From positions 1-61,300 of the forward strand of contig DFFO01000104.1 of the NCBI GenBank assembly GCA_002369255.1: a stretch of DNA of 61,300 bases, written 5' to 3'. Origin of the DNA: Lachnospiraceae bacterium UBA3774. GTDB taxonomy: Bacteria; Bacillota; Clostridia; Lachnospirales; Lachnospiraceae. The notes beneath the pieces were generated by a model. That model was not told the DNA's origin. It did no database searches and was given only the letters and a program-made list of their open reading frames with translations. The translations under genes and the position numbers were made by a program. Each line of letters begins with the position of its first letter. Within the stretch, counting starts at the first letter, position 1. Positions 47,228 to 56,796 of the stretch are shown piece after piece.

Positions 47228-47923
47228 GTGCTGGATTTTCATACTCATATACTTCCGGAAATTGATGACGGAAGCGCGTCCGTTAAGCAGAGTGAGGAAA
47301 TGCTCACTATGCTCAGCGGGCAACATGTTGATAAGATTGTTTTTACGCCGCACTTCTATGCGGAAGATGAAACTCCGGAATCATTTTTCCGCAGGCGTGA
47401 CGAGTCCTACCAAAAGATTCTTCCTTTGCTGAAGGAAAAGTTTGGGGATATTGATTTCAGACTGTCGGCGGAGGTCTGTTATTATATTGGAGTTTCCGCT
47501 CTTGAAAACATCGAACGTTTTTGCGTCGAGAAGACGCCCCTTTTTCTGCTGGAAATGCCAAGATGCAGATGGGACGCGGGAATGCTCTCTGAAATCACGT
47601 CTCTTGCCAGGCAGGAAAAAGTCATTGTAGTTCTGGTACATATTGACAGATACTTTGACTTCAATCCGTTAAAGACCTTTGAGGATCTTTCGCAAGAAGG
47701 CGTGCTCATGCAGGTTAATTGCGATTATCTTGCAAACAAAAAAAATAAGCGCCGTATCCGAAAGCTTTTTCGCAGAGGAATAATGAATTTTATCGGGACC
47801 GACTGTCATAACACTGACGATAGAAAACCAAACTACAAAGAAGCAGTGTTAAATCTTCAGAAATTGTTTGATGACGAGGCTTTCGGTATCCTTGGCTTTT
47901 ATGAAGAAGAGTTTTTTGATTAA
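47228..47923 (+). CDS. CpsB/CapC-type PHP-domain protein-tyrosine phosphatase
   Basis: GTG start. The N-terminal MLDFHTHILPEIDDG is the CpsB hallmark. Also contains GTDCHN. Confidence 0.8.
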   Translation: MLDFHTHILPEIDDGSASVKQSEEMLTMLSGQHVDKIVFTPHFYAEDETPESFFRRRDESYQKILPLLKEKFGDIDFRLSAEVCYYIGVSALENIERFCVEKTPLFLLEMPRCRWDAGMLSEITSLARQEKVIVVLVHIDRYFDFNPLKTFEDLSQEGVLMQVNCDYLANKKNKRRIRKLFRRGIMNFIGTDCHNTDDRKPNYKEAVLNLQKLFDDEAFGILGFYEEEFFD

Positions 47924-48674
47924 AATAATAACCGCCGTTAGTCTTGCAATATTTGCTGTTTGTATTATAATATTATTTTTACAAAGCAAAGGATGCGGCG
48001 AAAGTGAGGGATACGAGGAAACTGTAGTTTATCCTTCGCTGCAGGAGTCTTCTTCCGAAACGGAGACGACGGATGAAGATATACCGTATGCAAGTCCCAT
48101 TGACTGGGAAGAACTTTGGCAAAAGAATACAGATATATATTCGTGGCTGTATATTCCCGGCACCGAGATCAGCTATCCGGTCGTGCAGAGCGATACGGAT
48201 GATACGTTTTATCTGACTCATGACGCCTACAAAAAAGAATACAAGGGCGGCTCCATTATGTCGGAGCACAGATATACCTCGAAAACCTTTGAAGATCCGG
48301 TCACGATATTATACGGTCATAAGATGAGATCCGGAGCTATGCTCGGAACTCTTCAGCCGACATATTCGGATGAAAAAAGCTTCAAGGAGCATCAGGAGAT
48401 AATTATTTATCTTCCGGACAAAGAGCTTCATTATCGTATATGGGCGACGACTCCATATGACAATTCTCATATTATGGCAAAATATGATTTTACAAACGGC
48501 CGGCATGTTCAGCTGTTTATAAATGAAATAAAAAGTATTCGCTCCATTGAGGGGCAACTTGACGAGACGATGGACGTTAATCTTAACGACAGATTTTTGG
48601 TGCTGAGCACCTGTCTTATGGGAAAGGTTAAGAACCGTTATCTCGTTATAGCGCGGCTTGAAGCCGTAGATTGA
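47901..48674 (+). CDS. srtB: class B sortase
   Basis: N-terminal TM anchor. TDIYSWLYIPGTEISYPVVQSDTDDTFYLTHD, YGH, catalytic-Cys region LVLSTC, and Arg in NRYLVIARL. Overlaps the upstream gene by 23 nt. Confidence 0.8.
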   Translation: MKKSFLIKIITAVSLAIFAVCIIILFLQSKGCGESEGYEETVVYPSLQESSSETETTDEDIPYASPIDWEELWQKNTDIYSWLYIPGTEISYPVVQSDTDDTFYLTHDAYKKEYKGGSIMSEHRYTSKTFEDPVTILYGHKMRSGAMLGTLQPTYSDEKSFKEHQEIIIYLPDKELHYRIWATTPYDNSHIMAKYDFTNGRHVQLFINEIKSIRSIEGQLDETMDVNLNDRFLVLSTCLMGKVKNRYLVIARLEAVD

Positions 48675-48685
48675 GAGGTAAGGAT

Positions 48686-49450
48686 ATGAAAAAGAAATTT
48701 GCAGCAGTAATTGCAGCAGTGCTTGTACTTGCAATGGCGCTTCCTGCATATGCGGCGAAGTTTGCTCCGAGCGTAGAGCAAAAAGAAGCTCCTTCTGTTG
48801 TTAAGCAGGAGAACGGCTCGGGAGTCATGGTTGACTTCATCGCTTATGACGCGCAGGGAAATGAAATTGACCTGTCCGATCTTGAGCTTGTCATCACTCC
48901 CTACAGCAAAAAGAACAGCGCTTCTTTCCAGGAGATCAAGGATGCGCTTAACAAAGCAAAGGGTGATATCGACGGCGCTTCCGACCTGACAGCTCTTGTT
49001 TCGACCCTTCAGCAGAAGGTTGACGAGCTTATCGCTGCCGATTCCAGCCTCAAAGGACTCAAGGCTGAGGATCTGGTTGTCTGCGATCTGTTCAACGTAT
49101 CGTTCTTAAGAAACGGAAGCGAGTATGTTTCACTTGCTGATGCCGGAGTAAGTTCATTAAAGCTGGTTCTTTCCTGTGACGGACTTAATATCGCTCTTGC
49201 GTCAGATGGAAGCGGAGCATGGAAGATCGTTGACGGAACAGAACTTTCCGGCGGCAATCTGACTCTGACGATTGACGGCTCCTGCCCTATCATAGCATTT
49301 GTAAGAGAAGGAACGCCTGAAGGCGGCGGACAGACTTCTCCTCAGACCGGCTACGAATCAAATACTGGTATCATCGTTTCAATTGCTCTTTGCGCTGCAG
49401 TTGCAGGTATTATCGGAGCATGCATGATCGTTGATAAGAAGAGAGCATAA
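48686..49450 (+). CDS. sortase-substrate surface protein with an SPQTG sorting signal
   Basis: Signal peptide MKKKFAAVIAAVLVLAMALPAYA. C-terminus is SPQTG, then a hydrophobic helix IIVSIALCAAVAGIIGACMIV, then DKKRA. Confidence 0.75.
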   Translation: MKKKFAAVIAAVLVLAMALPAYAAKFAPSVEQKEAPSVVKQENGSGVMVDFIAYDAQGNEIDLSDLELVITPYSKKNSASFQEIKDALNKAKGDIDGASDLTALVSTLQQKVDELIAADSSLKGLKAEDLVVCDLFNVSFLRNGSEYVSLADAGVSSLKLVLSCDGLNIALASDGSGAWKIVDGTELSGGNLTLTIDGSCPIIAFVREGTPEGGGQTSPQTGYESNTGIIVSIALCAAVAGIIGACMIVDKKRA

Positions 49451-49452
49451 GC

Positions 49453-50502
49453 TTGCATTCGCATTCACACAGACACAGAAAACATAATAGAAAACGTAAA
49501 ACAAAACGCAACATAAATAATATCCTTAAAATATGCGCAGTAGTCGCCGTTGTCGTCGCAGTGGTTTTCCTCTTGAAATTTATAGGAGATTACAACTATG
49601 ACAGCGACGGCGCGGCTGCGTCGGAAGAAGAGGATGATGACGATGATGGGCAGATTTCGTTTTTTAACGGTCGTGCCTATCGTTTGCGTGATGATGTCGA
49701 AACAGTTCTGCTGATCGGTATTGATAAGTATATGGACGAGATAAACGTTCCGGACGATTCCTATATCAATTCACTGCAGGCTGATTTTGACGTACTTTTA
49801 ATTATTGATAAAACCAACAGAAAATACGATCTGTTGCAGATAAGCCGCGACACCATGGTCCCTGTCAGAGAACTTGGACTCAACGGCGTGGTCGTCGAGA
49901 CTAAAATTGAGCAGCTTGCCCTTTCGCATACTTACGGAAACGGAGGGAAGGAAAGCTGCCGAAACACCGTAAAATCAGTCGAGCAGCTTCTTTTCGGAGT
50001 CGGTATCGACCATTATATCGCATTTACCATGGACGTTATCCCGGAGGTAAATGACGCGGCCGGCGGAGTAAAAGTTTTGATAGAAGATGACTTCTCGTCG
50101 GTCGATCCGTCGCTTGTTATCGGCGAGGAGGTAGTGTTGAACGGAGAACAGGCTCTTGAATTTGTCAGAGCAAGAGGTTCAATGAGCGACCCTACGAATA
50201 CTGCGCGAATGAAGAGACATCGCGTATATATGGACGGCCTGATGGATGCGGCCGCAAAAAAAATGGAAGCAAATTCGTCCTGGGCGGCGAAAACCGTTCT
50301 GAACGTTTGGGATTATATAACTTCAGATCTCCTTTCCGGAGGTCTGAGCGATCTGGCCGAATTACTGGTCAAGTATGAAAGAGGAGATATCCTTACAATA
50401 AAGGGAGAAACTCAGACGCGTGAGTTTGTCGAGTTTTATCCGGATGAAGATGCGCTCAAAGCGCAGGTGATAGATCTCTTTTACAAGCCTGTTGCGGAAT
50501 AA
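49453..50502 (+). CDS. LytR-CpsA-Psr (LCP) family glycopolymer transferase
   Basis: Basic His/Arg/Lys-rich N-terminus, a TM helix, then LLIGIDKY and LLQISRDTMV. Probable TTG start with no strong RBS, so the start is uncertain. Confidence 0.7.
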   Translation: MHSHSHRHRKHNRKRKTKRNINNILKICAVVAVVVAVVFLLKFIGDYNYDSDGAAASEEEDDDDDGQISFFNGRAYRLRDDVETVLLIGIDKYMDEINVPDDSYINSLQADFDVLLIIDKTNRKYDLLQISRDTMVPVRELGLNGVVVETKIEQLALSHTYGNGGKESCRNTVKSVEQLLFGVGIDHYIAFTMDVIPEVNDAAGGVKVLIEDDFSSVDPSLVIGEEVVLNGEQALEFVRARGSMSDPTNTARMKRHRVYMDGLMDAAAKKMEANSSWAAKTVLNVWDYITSDLLSGGLSDLAELLVKYERGDILTIKGETQTREFVEFYPDEDALKAQVIDLFYKPVAE

Positions 50503-50561
50503 GTGGTTTCTGACAGGTTGCACCGATTTTTACCGATCAGCCGCAAAAAAGGACAGGGGTT

Positions 50562-52508
50562 ATGAACAAAAATAACTTTACAATATCACACACTCGTTGG
50601 CTGCTCGTCATATATGATCTGATTATATGGGTAGTTATTTCCGGACTGCTCTTTTATTTCCACCCTTCGGGCTCTGAAGATCTGACGCCTGGTCTTACCG
50701 CCTTTTGGATGACGCTCGGAGCTGTAGATATCTTATTGTTCAGAATTTTATTTTCAGTTTACAAGCAAGTATGGCGATATGGCGGTATCGGCGCCTATTT
50801 CCGTCTCATATCCGCGGATATTGTCAGCGGAATCATTTTTATTTTCATAGGAAAGTTCCTGTCGTTGGTTTTTGAGAACATCTGCTTTATCCGTATGCTC
50901 CTTGCGGCATGTATGATCGGAATGAATCTGCTCCTTGCTGTAATAATGAGAATGTGCTATTACCTGGTTTACCGCAGATCGGGAAACAGCGGAACGTTCG
51001 GCAATATCATGAGAGGTACGCTCAGAATCTTCGGGCATCTTTCCGTTCAGGCCGATACTCTCGAAGCTCAGGAAAGAGAGAGAAACAAAAAGCGTCTTGC
51101 GATAGTCGGTGCCGGAAGGGTCGGGACGGCTCTTGCCGAGGAGCTTATATCAAATTCCATGTCGGGATACAATCCCATCTGTTTCATTGAAAACGATTAT
51201 TCAAAAATCGGCAGACGTCTTTTGGGCATACCGATCATATATGAAAAAACGCTTACCAAAGAGGATTTTGCAAATATGCAGGTAGAGGAGATAATCCTTG
51301 CGGTTCCGGACGCCTCATTTGAAGCAAAACAGGCTCTTTACGGTTATTACAAGGATTTCGGCGTTCCCGTAAAAATATATGACTACCCCTTTGGAGAGGG
51401 CGATGGTTCAGGCAACAGGGCGATCCGCGATTTTACGATTGAAGAATTGCTTGCAAGAAAACCGGTAAAGCTTGAAGACGAACGGCTCATCAATTATTAC
51501 AAAGACAAGGTAGTATTGGTGACAGGCGGAGGCGGCTCTATCGGAAGCGAGCTTTCAAGGCAGATCGCTTCTATGGGAGTGAAAAAGCTTATTATCCTTG
51601 ATATTGCCGAAAATACCACCTATGAGCTGCAGCAGGATTTGAGGATGGAATACGGAGATTCACTGGATCTTTCTGTTGAAATAGTATCTGTTTGTGACAA
51701 GGAACAGCTTGAGGTGGTCTTCAGGAAATACCGCCCGCAGATAATACTGCACGCTGCGGCGCACAAGCATGTCCCGCTTATGGAACACAACTGCGTCGAG
51801 TGCGTCAAGAACAACGTCTTCGGAACCTTAAACGTTATCAGGCTTGCAATGGAATATAAATGCGAGCATTTCATACTTGTCTCGACCGACAAGGCGGTAA
51901 ATCCCACCAATATTATGGGAGCGACTAAGAGAATATGCGAGCTTATGCTCCACGTTGCGGCAAAAAGCGAAGGAAACGAAACCGTTTTTTCCGCGACGCG
52001 CTTCGGAAACGTGCTCGGATCAGCCGGATCGGTTGTCCCTCTCTTTAAAAAGCAGATTGCAAAGGGCGGACCGGTGACCATTACCGACAAAAACATCACG
52101 AGATACTTTATGACGATCCCTGAGGCGAGTCAGCTCGTTCTGACGTCGGGAGCAATGGCGAAAAACGGGGAACTCTTTGTTCTTGATATGGGAAAACCCG
52201 TCAGGATATATGATTTGGCTGAAAACATGATCAAGCTTTCGGGGCTGAAGCCCGGAGTTGACATCGAGATAGTGGAAACCGGACTCAGACCCGGTGAAAA
52301 GCTTTACGAGGAGCTCCTTATCACGGGAGTAAAACAGGGAAAGACAGAAAACGAGCTGATCTTTGTCGAGGAAGATGATCCGCTTCCCGAGGATGAGTTA
52401 AACAGAAGACTTACGCTGTTGGAAGAAACGGTTGACGCTCTCGACGACGAGGGAATAAAAAATATAATGCCGAAGATCGTGCCTACATATTCGAGGCGAC
52501 AGGCGTGA
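50562..52508 (+). CDS. membrane-bound CapD/PglF-type NDP-sugar 4,6-dehydratase
   Basis: Four N-terminal TM helices, VLVTGGGGSIGSEL, AAHKHVP and STDKAVNPTNIMGATKR. Confidence 0.85.
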   Translation: MNKNNFTISHTRWLLVIYDLIIWVVISGLLFYFHPSGSEDLTPGLTAFWMTLGAVDILLFRILFSVYKQVWRYGGIGAYFRLISADIVSGIIFIFIGKFLSLVFENICFIRMLLAACMIGMNLLLAVIMRMCYYLVYRRSGNSGTFGNIMRGTLRIFGHLSVQADTLEAQERERNKKRLAIVGAGRVGTALAEELISNSMSGYNPICFIENDYSKIGRRLLGIPIIYEKTLTKEDFANMQVEEIILAVPDASFEAKQALYGYYKDFGVPVKIYDYPFGEGDGSGNRAIRDFTIEELLARKPVKLEDERLINYYKDKVVLVTGGGGSIGSELSRQIASMGVKKLIILDIAENTTYELQQDLRMEYGDSLDLSVEIVSVCDKEQLEVVFRKYRPQIILHAAAHKHVPLMEHNCVECVKNNVFGTLNVIRLAMEYKCEHFILVSTDKAVNPTNIMGATKRICELMLHVAAKSEGNETVFSATRFGNVLGSAGSVVPLFKKQIAKGGPVTITDKNITRYFMTIPEASQLVLTSGAMAKNGELFVLDMGKPVRIYDLAENMIKLSGLKPGVDIEIVETGLRPGEKLYEELLITGVKQGKTENELIFVEEDDPLPEDELNRRLTLLEETVDALDDEGIKNIMPKIVPTYSRRQA

Positions 52509-52530
52509 TCGGGTTTTATGACGGCGGGCA

Positions 52531-53022
52531 GTGATTGCCCGCTTTTTAAGCTGTATGGACGAGATATTAAAGGAACAGTCAAATATCGATCGCGGTGTGG
52601 ACGAGTGGGTGGCCCGGATAAAACAGGGGGTTGCCGCGGAGCTGATCGTACATCCGAAGGGAACAAGCATGCTGCCTCTTATTCGCGGCGGAAAAGACAG
52701 CGTTATAGTATTGCCTCTCGACAGACCGCTTAAAAAAGGGGATGTTATTCTTTTTCGCAGACATGACGGCAAAAACGTAATGCACCGGGTCTTAAAGCTT
52801 GACGGTGAGATGGTCACTACGTTCGGAGACGGAAGCGTACGCCCGGACGATCCGATCAAAAAAGAGGCTGTCCTCGGTCTTGCGGTAATGCTTCTTAAAG
52901 ACGGCAAGACAAAGAAACTTGATACCGCGCTTTCGCGCCTGTACGGAAGGATCCACCAAAGACTGTTCCCGGTCAGAAGGATTGCCGGCAGTTTTAAAAG
53001 AAAAATCAAGTCATTTCTTTAA
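52531..53022 (+). CDS. S24/S26-like serine peptidase-fold protein
   Basis: GTSMLPLI (GxSMxP catalytic-Ser motif) and GDVILFRR...MHRVLKLDG. The start (GTG 52531 or ATG 52555) is uncertain. Confidence 0.5.
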   Translation: MIARFLSCMDEILKEQSNIDRGVDEWVARIKQGVAAELIVHPKGTSMLPLIRGGKDSVIVLPLDRPLKKGDVILFRRHDGKNVMHRVLKLDGEMVTTFGDGSVRPDDPIKKEAVLGLAVMLLKDGKTKKLDTALSRLYGRIHQRLFPVRRIAGSFKRKIKSFL

Positions 53023-53237
53023 TAATCTAATCAGTTTCATGAAAAAAATTTCATTTCAGAAAATGTTATGTTTTTTATGAAGGAATATTATATTTTTTTG
53101 CATAAAATATTGAATTATTTCATTACAGTGATAAAATCATTAAATAGAGACAGTATCATTTTTTGGATAAAAAGCCGTGTTGCGGAAAGTCATTCCGTTT
53201 CCCGGCGCGAGAATTACATAGGGAGAATACAGCCATT

Positions 53238-56200
53238 ATGAAAAAATTAAGAAAACTTTTCGCTATGCTGGTTTCATTTGCGATGGTTATCGGCACGCTG
53301 ACGGTGACGGCAGTGGCACAGGAATATCCGGTTTATATCGGTGATACCGGATATGACACCATCCAGGACGCTGTTGCTGCGCTCAGCAGCGACGGTCAGA
53401 CCATCAGAGTGAGCGAGGCATTTACCGACACGGGCTCTTCTCAGGCGCTCACCGGAACGAATTATTCCTTTACCGTTGACCTTGGCGGAAAGACCTTTAC
53501 GGGAGCCAGAGCATTTGCTCCTACCGGAGTAACGGTCACGCTTAAAAACGGAACCATAACTTCTACCAATAATACTGCCGGATGCGCAGTTCGTGCTACA
53601 AGCGGAGCTGTAGTAACCCTCGGGGAAGGGCTTCTTATTACAGGCTGCTCAAGCTCAAACAGCTACGGCTGCATACAGGGTTCGGCATCCACTATTACTG
53701 TTGACGGAGCGGTTCTTGAGAACTCGCTGAACACTTCAAACAATGCGAGAACTATCTATCTCGGAAGCAACAGTACGCTCAATATTGTATCAGGTACCGT
53801 TAAGATCACCGCATATGCATATCAGGGCACGATAAACGTCAGCGGAGGCTTTGTCGGAGCGAACATGCTCACTAAAGCCTCAGGCGGAAACATCGTTGTT
53901 ACCGGCGGCTATTTCGGTGCAAATCCTTCCGGACATTATTCATCTGCTTACGAGTGGGTTGAAGATAATACCTACGAGGGATATGCCGGTTATATCAGAG
54001 AAAAATCGGTAGTAACGAACGTTGCGGAAATAACAGATACCGGAGTGCAGTATGCAGCGATCGAAAATGCCATCGCGGCTCTTTCTGCAGACGGCCAGAC
54101 TATAAAACTGCTTAATACTTTTGATACGGCGACTGATATCACTATTGCTTCCGCTCCTTACGCGTTCACGCTTGACCTTGGAGGCTTTGTGCTTACAGGA
54201 GAGGCAAACGGCAGCAGCTCGGCGATTTCCGTAACAGGATCCACCGTAACAATAGTAAACGGAACAATAAATGTTAACAAAGGCAATGCAAACCGTGCAG
54301 GCGTAAGCCCCGGAGCAAATGCAAAAGTCACTCTCGGAAGCGGGCTTACGATAAACGGCACAAGCACCAAGAGCAACGGCTACGGAATCACGGGTACCGG
54401 AGCTGCTACGGCAGAGCTTACGGTAGACGGCGCGGTGATTAACGGAGTTGATTCTCAGTCTCGCAGCGTTTATGTTGCCAACGGAGGAAAACTCAATATC
54501 AATTCCGGATATATAAACGGAGATATATACACTTACAACGGAACTACTATTATCACGGACGGCTATTTCCTGGGCTCCGTTACCAGAGGAGGCTCCGGCA
54601 ACGTGACCGCATCCGGCGGATACTATGGCAACAACAGCGTAGCTGCGATGGTTGCTGCAGGATATGAGCTTGCGGATAACGATACCGATTCTGCTGAGGA
54701 TTATCCTTACTGCATAAAAGTTGAAGTTATCGAAGGTACGCCTACGGCTACGGTTTGTGTAAACGGCGGTGAGGCAGTTGACTACAAGTCCATCGACGCG
54801 GCTCTCGCAGACGCGGTAAGCGCCGGAGCGGCTACAGTAGTTATTACGTTAAATGAAGACGCCACTGCAAGCGGCGGAACCTCATCGAGCCAGTATATAT
54901 TCGGAAGCGGAGCTGATATCACGCTTAATCTCGGCGGAAATACTCTGACAAGAGACAACGCGACCGGAGTAAGACTGTTCAGACTCAACGACGGCGCAAA
55001 GATGACCATTACCGGCGGAACCGTTCAAGGAAACGGAACCGCATATATTGCCGCAAACGGAGCATTTGCTTACGTAAACGAGGGAAGTACCCTTACTCTG
55101 AACGGCACCACGATCTCCGGCTTTAAGGCGGGAACCAATGCTTCCGGCACGCAGAGAAGCTCGGGAGCGATTCACGTTGTTAATAACGGCAGTGTTCTTA
55201 ATATGATAAGTTCCGTTATCACCGGATGCAGCGCAGACGACAAGGGCGGAGCAGTTACGGTTGCTTCGACCTGTACTTTGAATATGGACGCGAGCAGCCG
55301 CATTACGGATTGTACCGCCAAATACGGCGGAGCCGTTTATATTGATTCCAATGCAGACACCCACGCAAGCGGAACTGCAAATATCAATGGAACGATCGAG
55401 AACTGCGCTTCGACCGACGAAAGCAGCGCAGCGCCTGTTTACAGCAACGGATTTGCGTTTATAAATGAAGTGCTGACCACGAGCGGAATCGTATATCAGT
55501 CTCGCAGCGCGGCTAAGATCTTCAGCGCAGGACTTGTTCTTGAAAGCGATTTCACATTTAATATTACAGCGCTTGCAGCTCTTGCTGAGGAAGATGCTTC
55601 TGCCGCTCCAAAGCTTGCTGCTGTTTTTGAAGGAACAAAATCCCTGATTGAGGGAACTGCTTCAGGCGGCGGATATTACAATTATACGTATCCCGGAATT
55701 ACCGCAAACAAGCTTGCGGATCAGATCAGTTTTTCAGTTACTCTTTCGGGAGATACCGATATTTCCGCAACGAAAGATTATTCGGTAGTTGAGTACTGCA
55801 ACGATCTTTATGCCGCAGATCCTGACAATTCAGTCCAGAATACGCTTCTTGCAAATACGCTCAAATACGGCAGCGAAGTTCAGAAGTACTGGGGCGAGGG
55901 GACGGCATTTGAAGTACCGGAAAACATTGCCGCATATATTCTGAACGACAAGCCTACTGCCGCGCAGAATGCCAAAAAGACATCTCTGGCGCCGGTTGAT
56001 TTGAGTAATTACAAGATCAAGGCCGCGTCTTTGAATATCAACGACAAAGCGAGAATATTCTTCAATATATTCTCGACGGATCAGAATGCTACAGTATCCG
56101 TCACAAAGAACGGCAGCCAGGTAGGTACGTTCGTTGTTTCCGAACTGATCACTACAAGTGAAAGTTCGGTTTACAGATTGGAACTTGACAGAATCACAGC

Positions 56201-56381
56201 TTTAGAGTATGATAATGTCTTCAGTGTAACATTGTATAATGGTGACGGACAAGCCATGCATGCTGTTGAGTACAGCGTAAACTCTTACTGCTACGCAAAA
56301 CAAAACAGTATTTCGGTAGGTGACGTTGCGCTTGCCATTTACAGATACGGGGTTGCGGCAGAGGCATATGCCGCCGCATAA
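53238..56381 (+). CDS. secreted beta-helix-like repeat protein carrying the shared C-terminal domain
   Basis: Start at ATG 53238 (MKKLRKLFAMLVSFAMVIGTLTVTAVA). There are three ~230-aa repeats, each opening with ...DAVAALSSDGQTI... / ...NAIAALSADGQTI... / ...AALADAVSAGAATVV... and containing the [LF]T[VL][DN]LGG... pattern (FTVDLGG / FTLDLGG / ITLNLGG). The repeats are Gly/Thr/Asn-rich, as in parallel beta-helix adhesins. Confidence 0.7.
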   Translation: MKKLRKLFAMLVSFAMVIGTLTVTAVAQEYPVYIGDTGYDTIQDAVAALSSDGQTIRVSEAFTDTGSSQALTGTNYSFTVDLGGKTFTGARAFAPTGVTVTLKNGTITSTNNTAGCAVRATSGAVVTLGEGLLITGCSSSNSYGCIQGSASTITVDGAVLENSLNTSNNARTIYLGSNSTLNIVSGTVKITAYAYQGTINVSGGFVGANMLTKASGGNIVVTGGYFGANPSGHYSSAYEWVEDNTYEGYAGYIREKSVVTNVAEITDTGVQYAAIENAIAALSADGQTIKLLNTFDTATDITIASAPYAFTLDLGGFVLTGEANGSSSAISVTGSTVTIVNGTINVNKGNANRAGVSPGANAKVTLGSGLTINGTSTKSNGYGITGTGAATAELTVDGAVINGVDSQSRSVYVANGGKLNINSGYINGDIYTYNGTTIITDGYFLGSVTRGGSGNVTASGGYYGNNSVAAMVAAGYELADNDTDSAEDYPYCIKVEVIEGTPTATVCVNGGEAVDYKSIDAALADAVSAGAATVVITLNEDATASGGTSSSQYIFGSGADITLNLGGNTLTRDNATGVRLFRLNDGAKMTITGGTVQGNGTAYIAANGAFAYVNEGSTLTLNGTTISGFKAGTNASGTQRSSGAIHVVNNGSVLNMISSVITGCSADDKGGAVTVASTCTLNMDASSRITDCTAKYGGAVYIDSNADTHASGTANINGTIENCASTDESSAAPVYSNGFAFINEVLTTSGIVYQSRSAAKIFSAGLVLESDFTFNITALAALAEEDASAAPKLAAVFEGTKSLIEGTASGGGYYNYTYPGITANKLADQISFSVTLSGDTDISATKDYSVVEYCNDLYAADPDNSVQNTLLANTLKYGSEVQKYWGEGTAFEVPENIAAYILNDKPTAAQNAKKTSLAPVDLSNYKIKAASLNINDKARIFFNIFSTDQNATVSVTKNGSQVGTFVVSELITTSESSVYRLELDRITALEYDNVFSVTLYNGDGQAMHAVEYSVNSYCYAKQNSISVGDVALAIYRYGVAAEAYAAA
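55506..56378 (+). other. shared ~290-aa C-terminal domain, copy 3 (divergent)
   Basis: ...DYSVVEYCNDLY...LLANTLKYGSEVQKY...AVEYSVNSYCYAKQ...ALAIYRYGVAAEAYAAA. The landmark order is the same as in 3747-4613 and 8361-9227. Confidence 0.5.
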
Positions 56382-56406
56382 ATGAGGGTGAAGAAAGGAT
56401 TTACAA

Positions 56407-56517
56407 ATGAAACACATGTACGAAACCCCCTCCTGCGATGTTGAAATGATTGAAACGGGAAATGTTGTGCTTGACAGCAACACCATTGATCTCCCGGAAG
56501 ATGATTTCAACGACTGA
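56407..56517 (+). CDS. unannotated micro-ORF A (36 aa, acidic)
   Basis: MKHMYETPSCDVEMIETGNVVLDSNTIDLPEDDFND. AAAGGA lies 9 nt upstream of the ATG, 26 nt after the stop of 53238-56381. It is a paralog of micro-ORF B. It falls below the 60-aa ORF-track cutoff. Confidence 0.5.
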   Translation: MKHMYETPSCDVEMIETGNVVLDSNTIDLPEDDFND

Positions 56518-56550
56518 GCATTTTAGGAACTGAGAATTTTTAAATAACTA

Positions 56551-56584
56551 CGGATATTGCGGCCGATCATTGCCGCAATATCCG
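56551..56584 (+). other. perfect 13-bp stem-loop (possible terminator or RNA-stability element)
   Basis: CGGATATTGCGGC-cgatcatt-GCCGCAATATCCG. There is no clear U-tract after it (CAGAGTTTG). Confidence 0.4.
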
Positions 56585-56688
56585 CAGAGTTTGCGGTGAT
56601 TACAGATCAACGTTGTTTTTCTTTGTGCAAAAAACATACGCTGGCGTCTAAGGCTGCATATTTGCCTTTCTAAATATATTCTTTAAGC

Positions 56689-56717
56689 TTGACATAATTC
56701 ATGCCTTGGATTATTAT
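56689..56717 (+). promoter_or_regulatory. near-consensus sigma-A promoter upstream of micro-ORF B
   Basis: TTGACA (56689-56694), 17-nt spacer, TATTAT (56712-56717), 80 nt upstream of ATG 56797. Confidence 0.6.
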
Positions 56718-56796
56718 GATAAATACCATAACGATTTTTTCGCGCGGGTCGGATTTTTGCCGGGCCGTGCCGGTCTGTTGATATAGGGGGAATAAA

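Noticed and set aside
53163-53237. Upstream extensions of ORFs in the track (53163, 4779, 1253, 36305, 36378, 42376, 45519, 48671, 19253, 47868).
   Set aside because: In each case an internal ATG preceded by a GGAGG-like RBS begins a canonical signal peptide or the conserved N-terminus. The extensions lack an RBS and encode implausible leaders.
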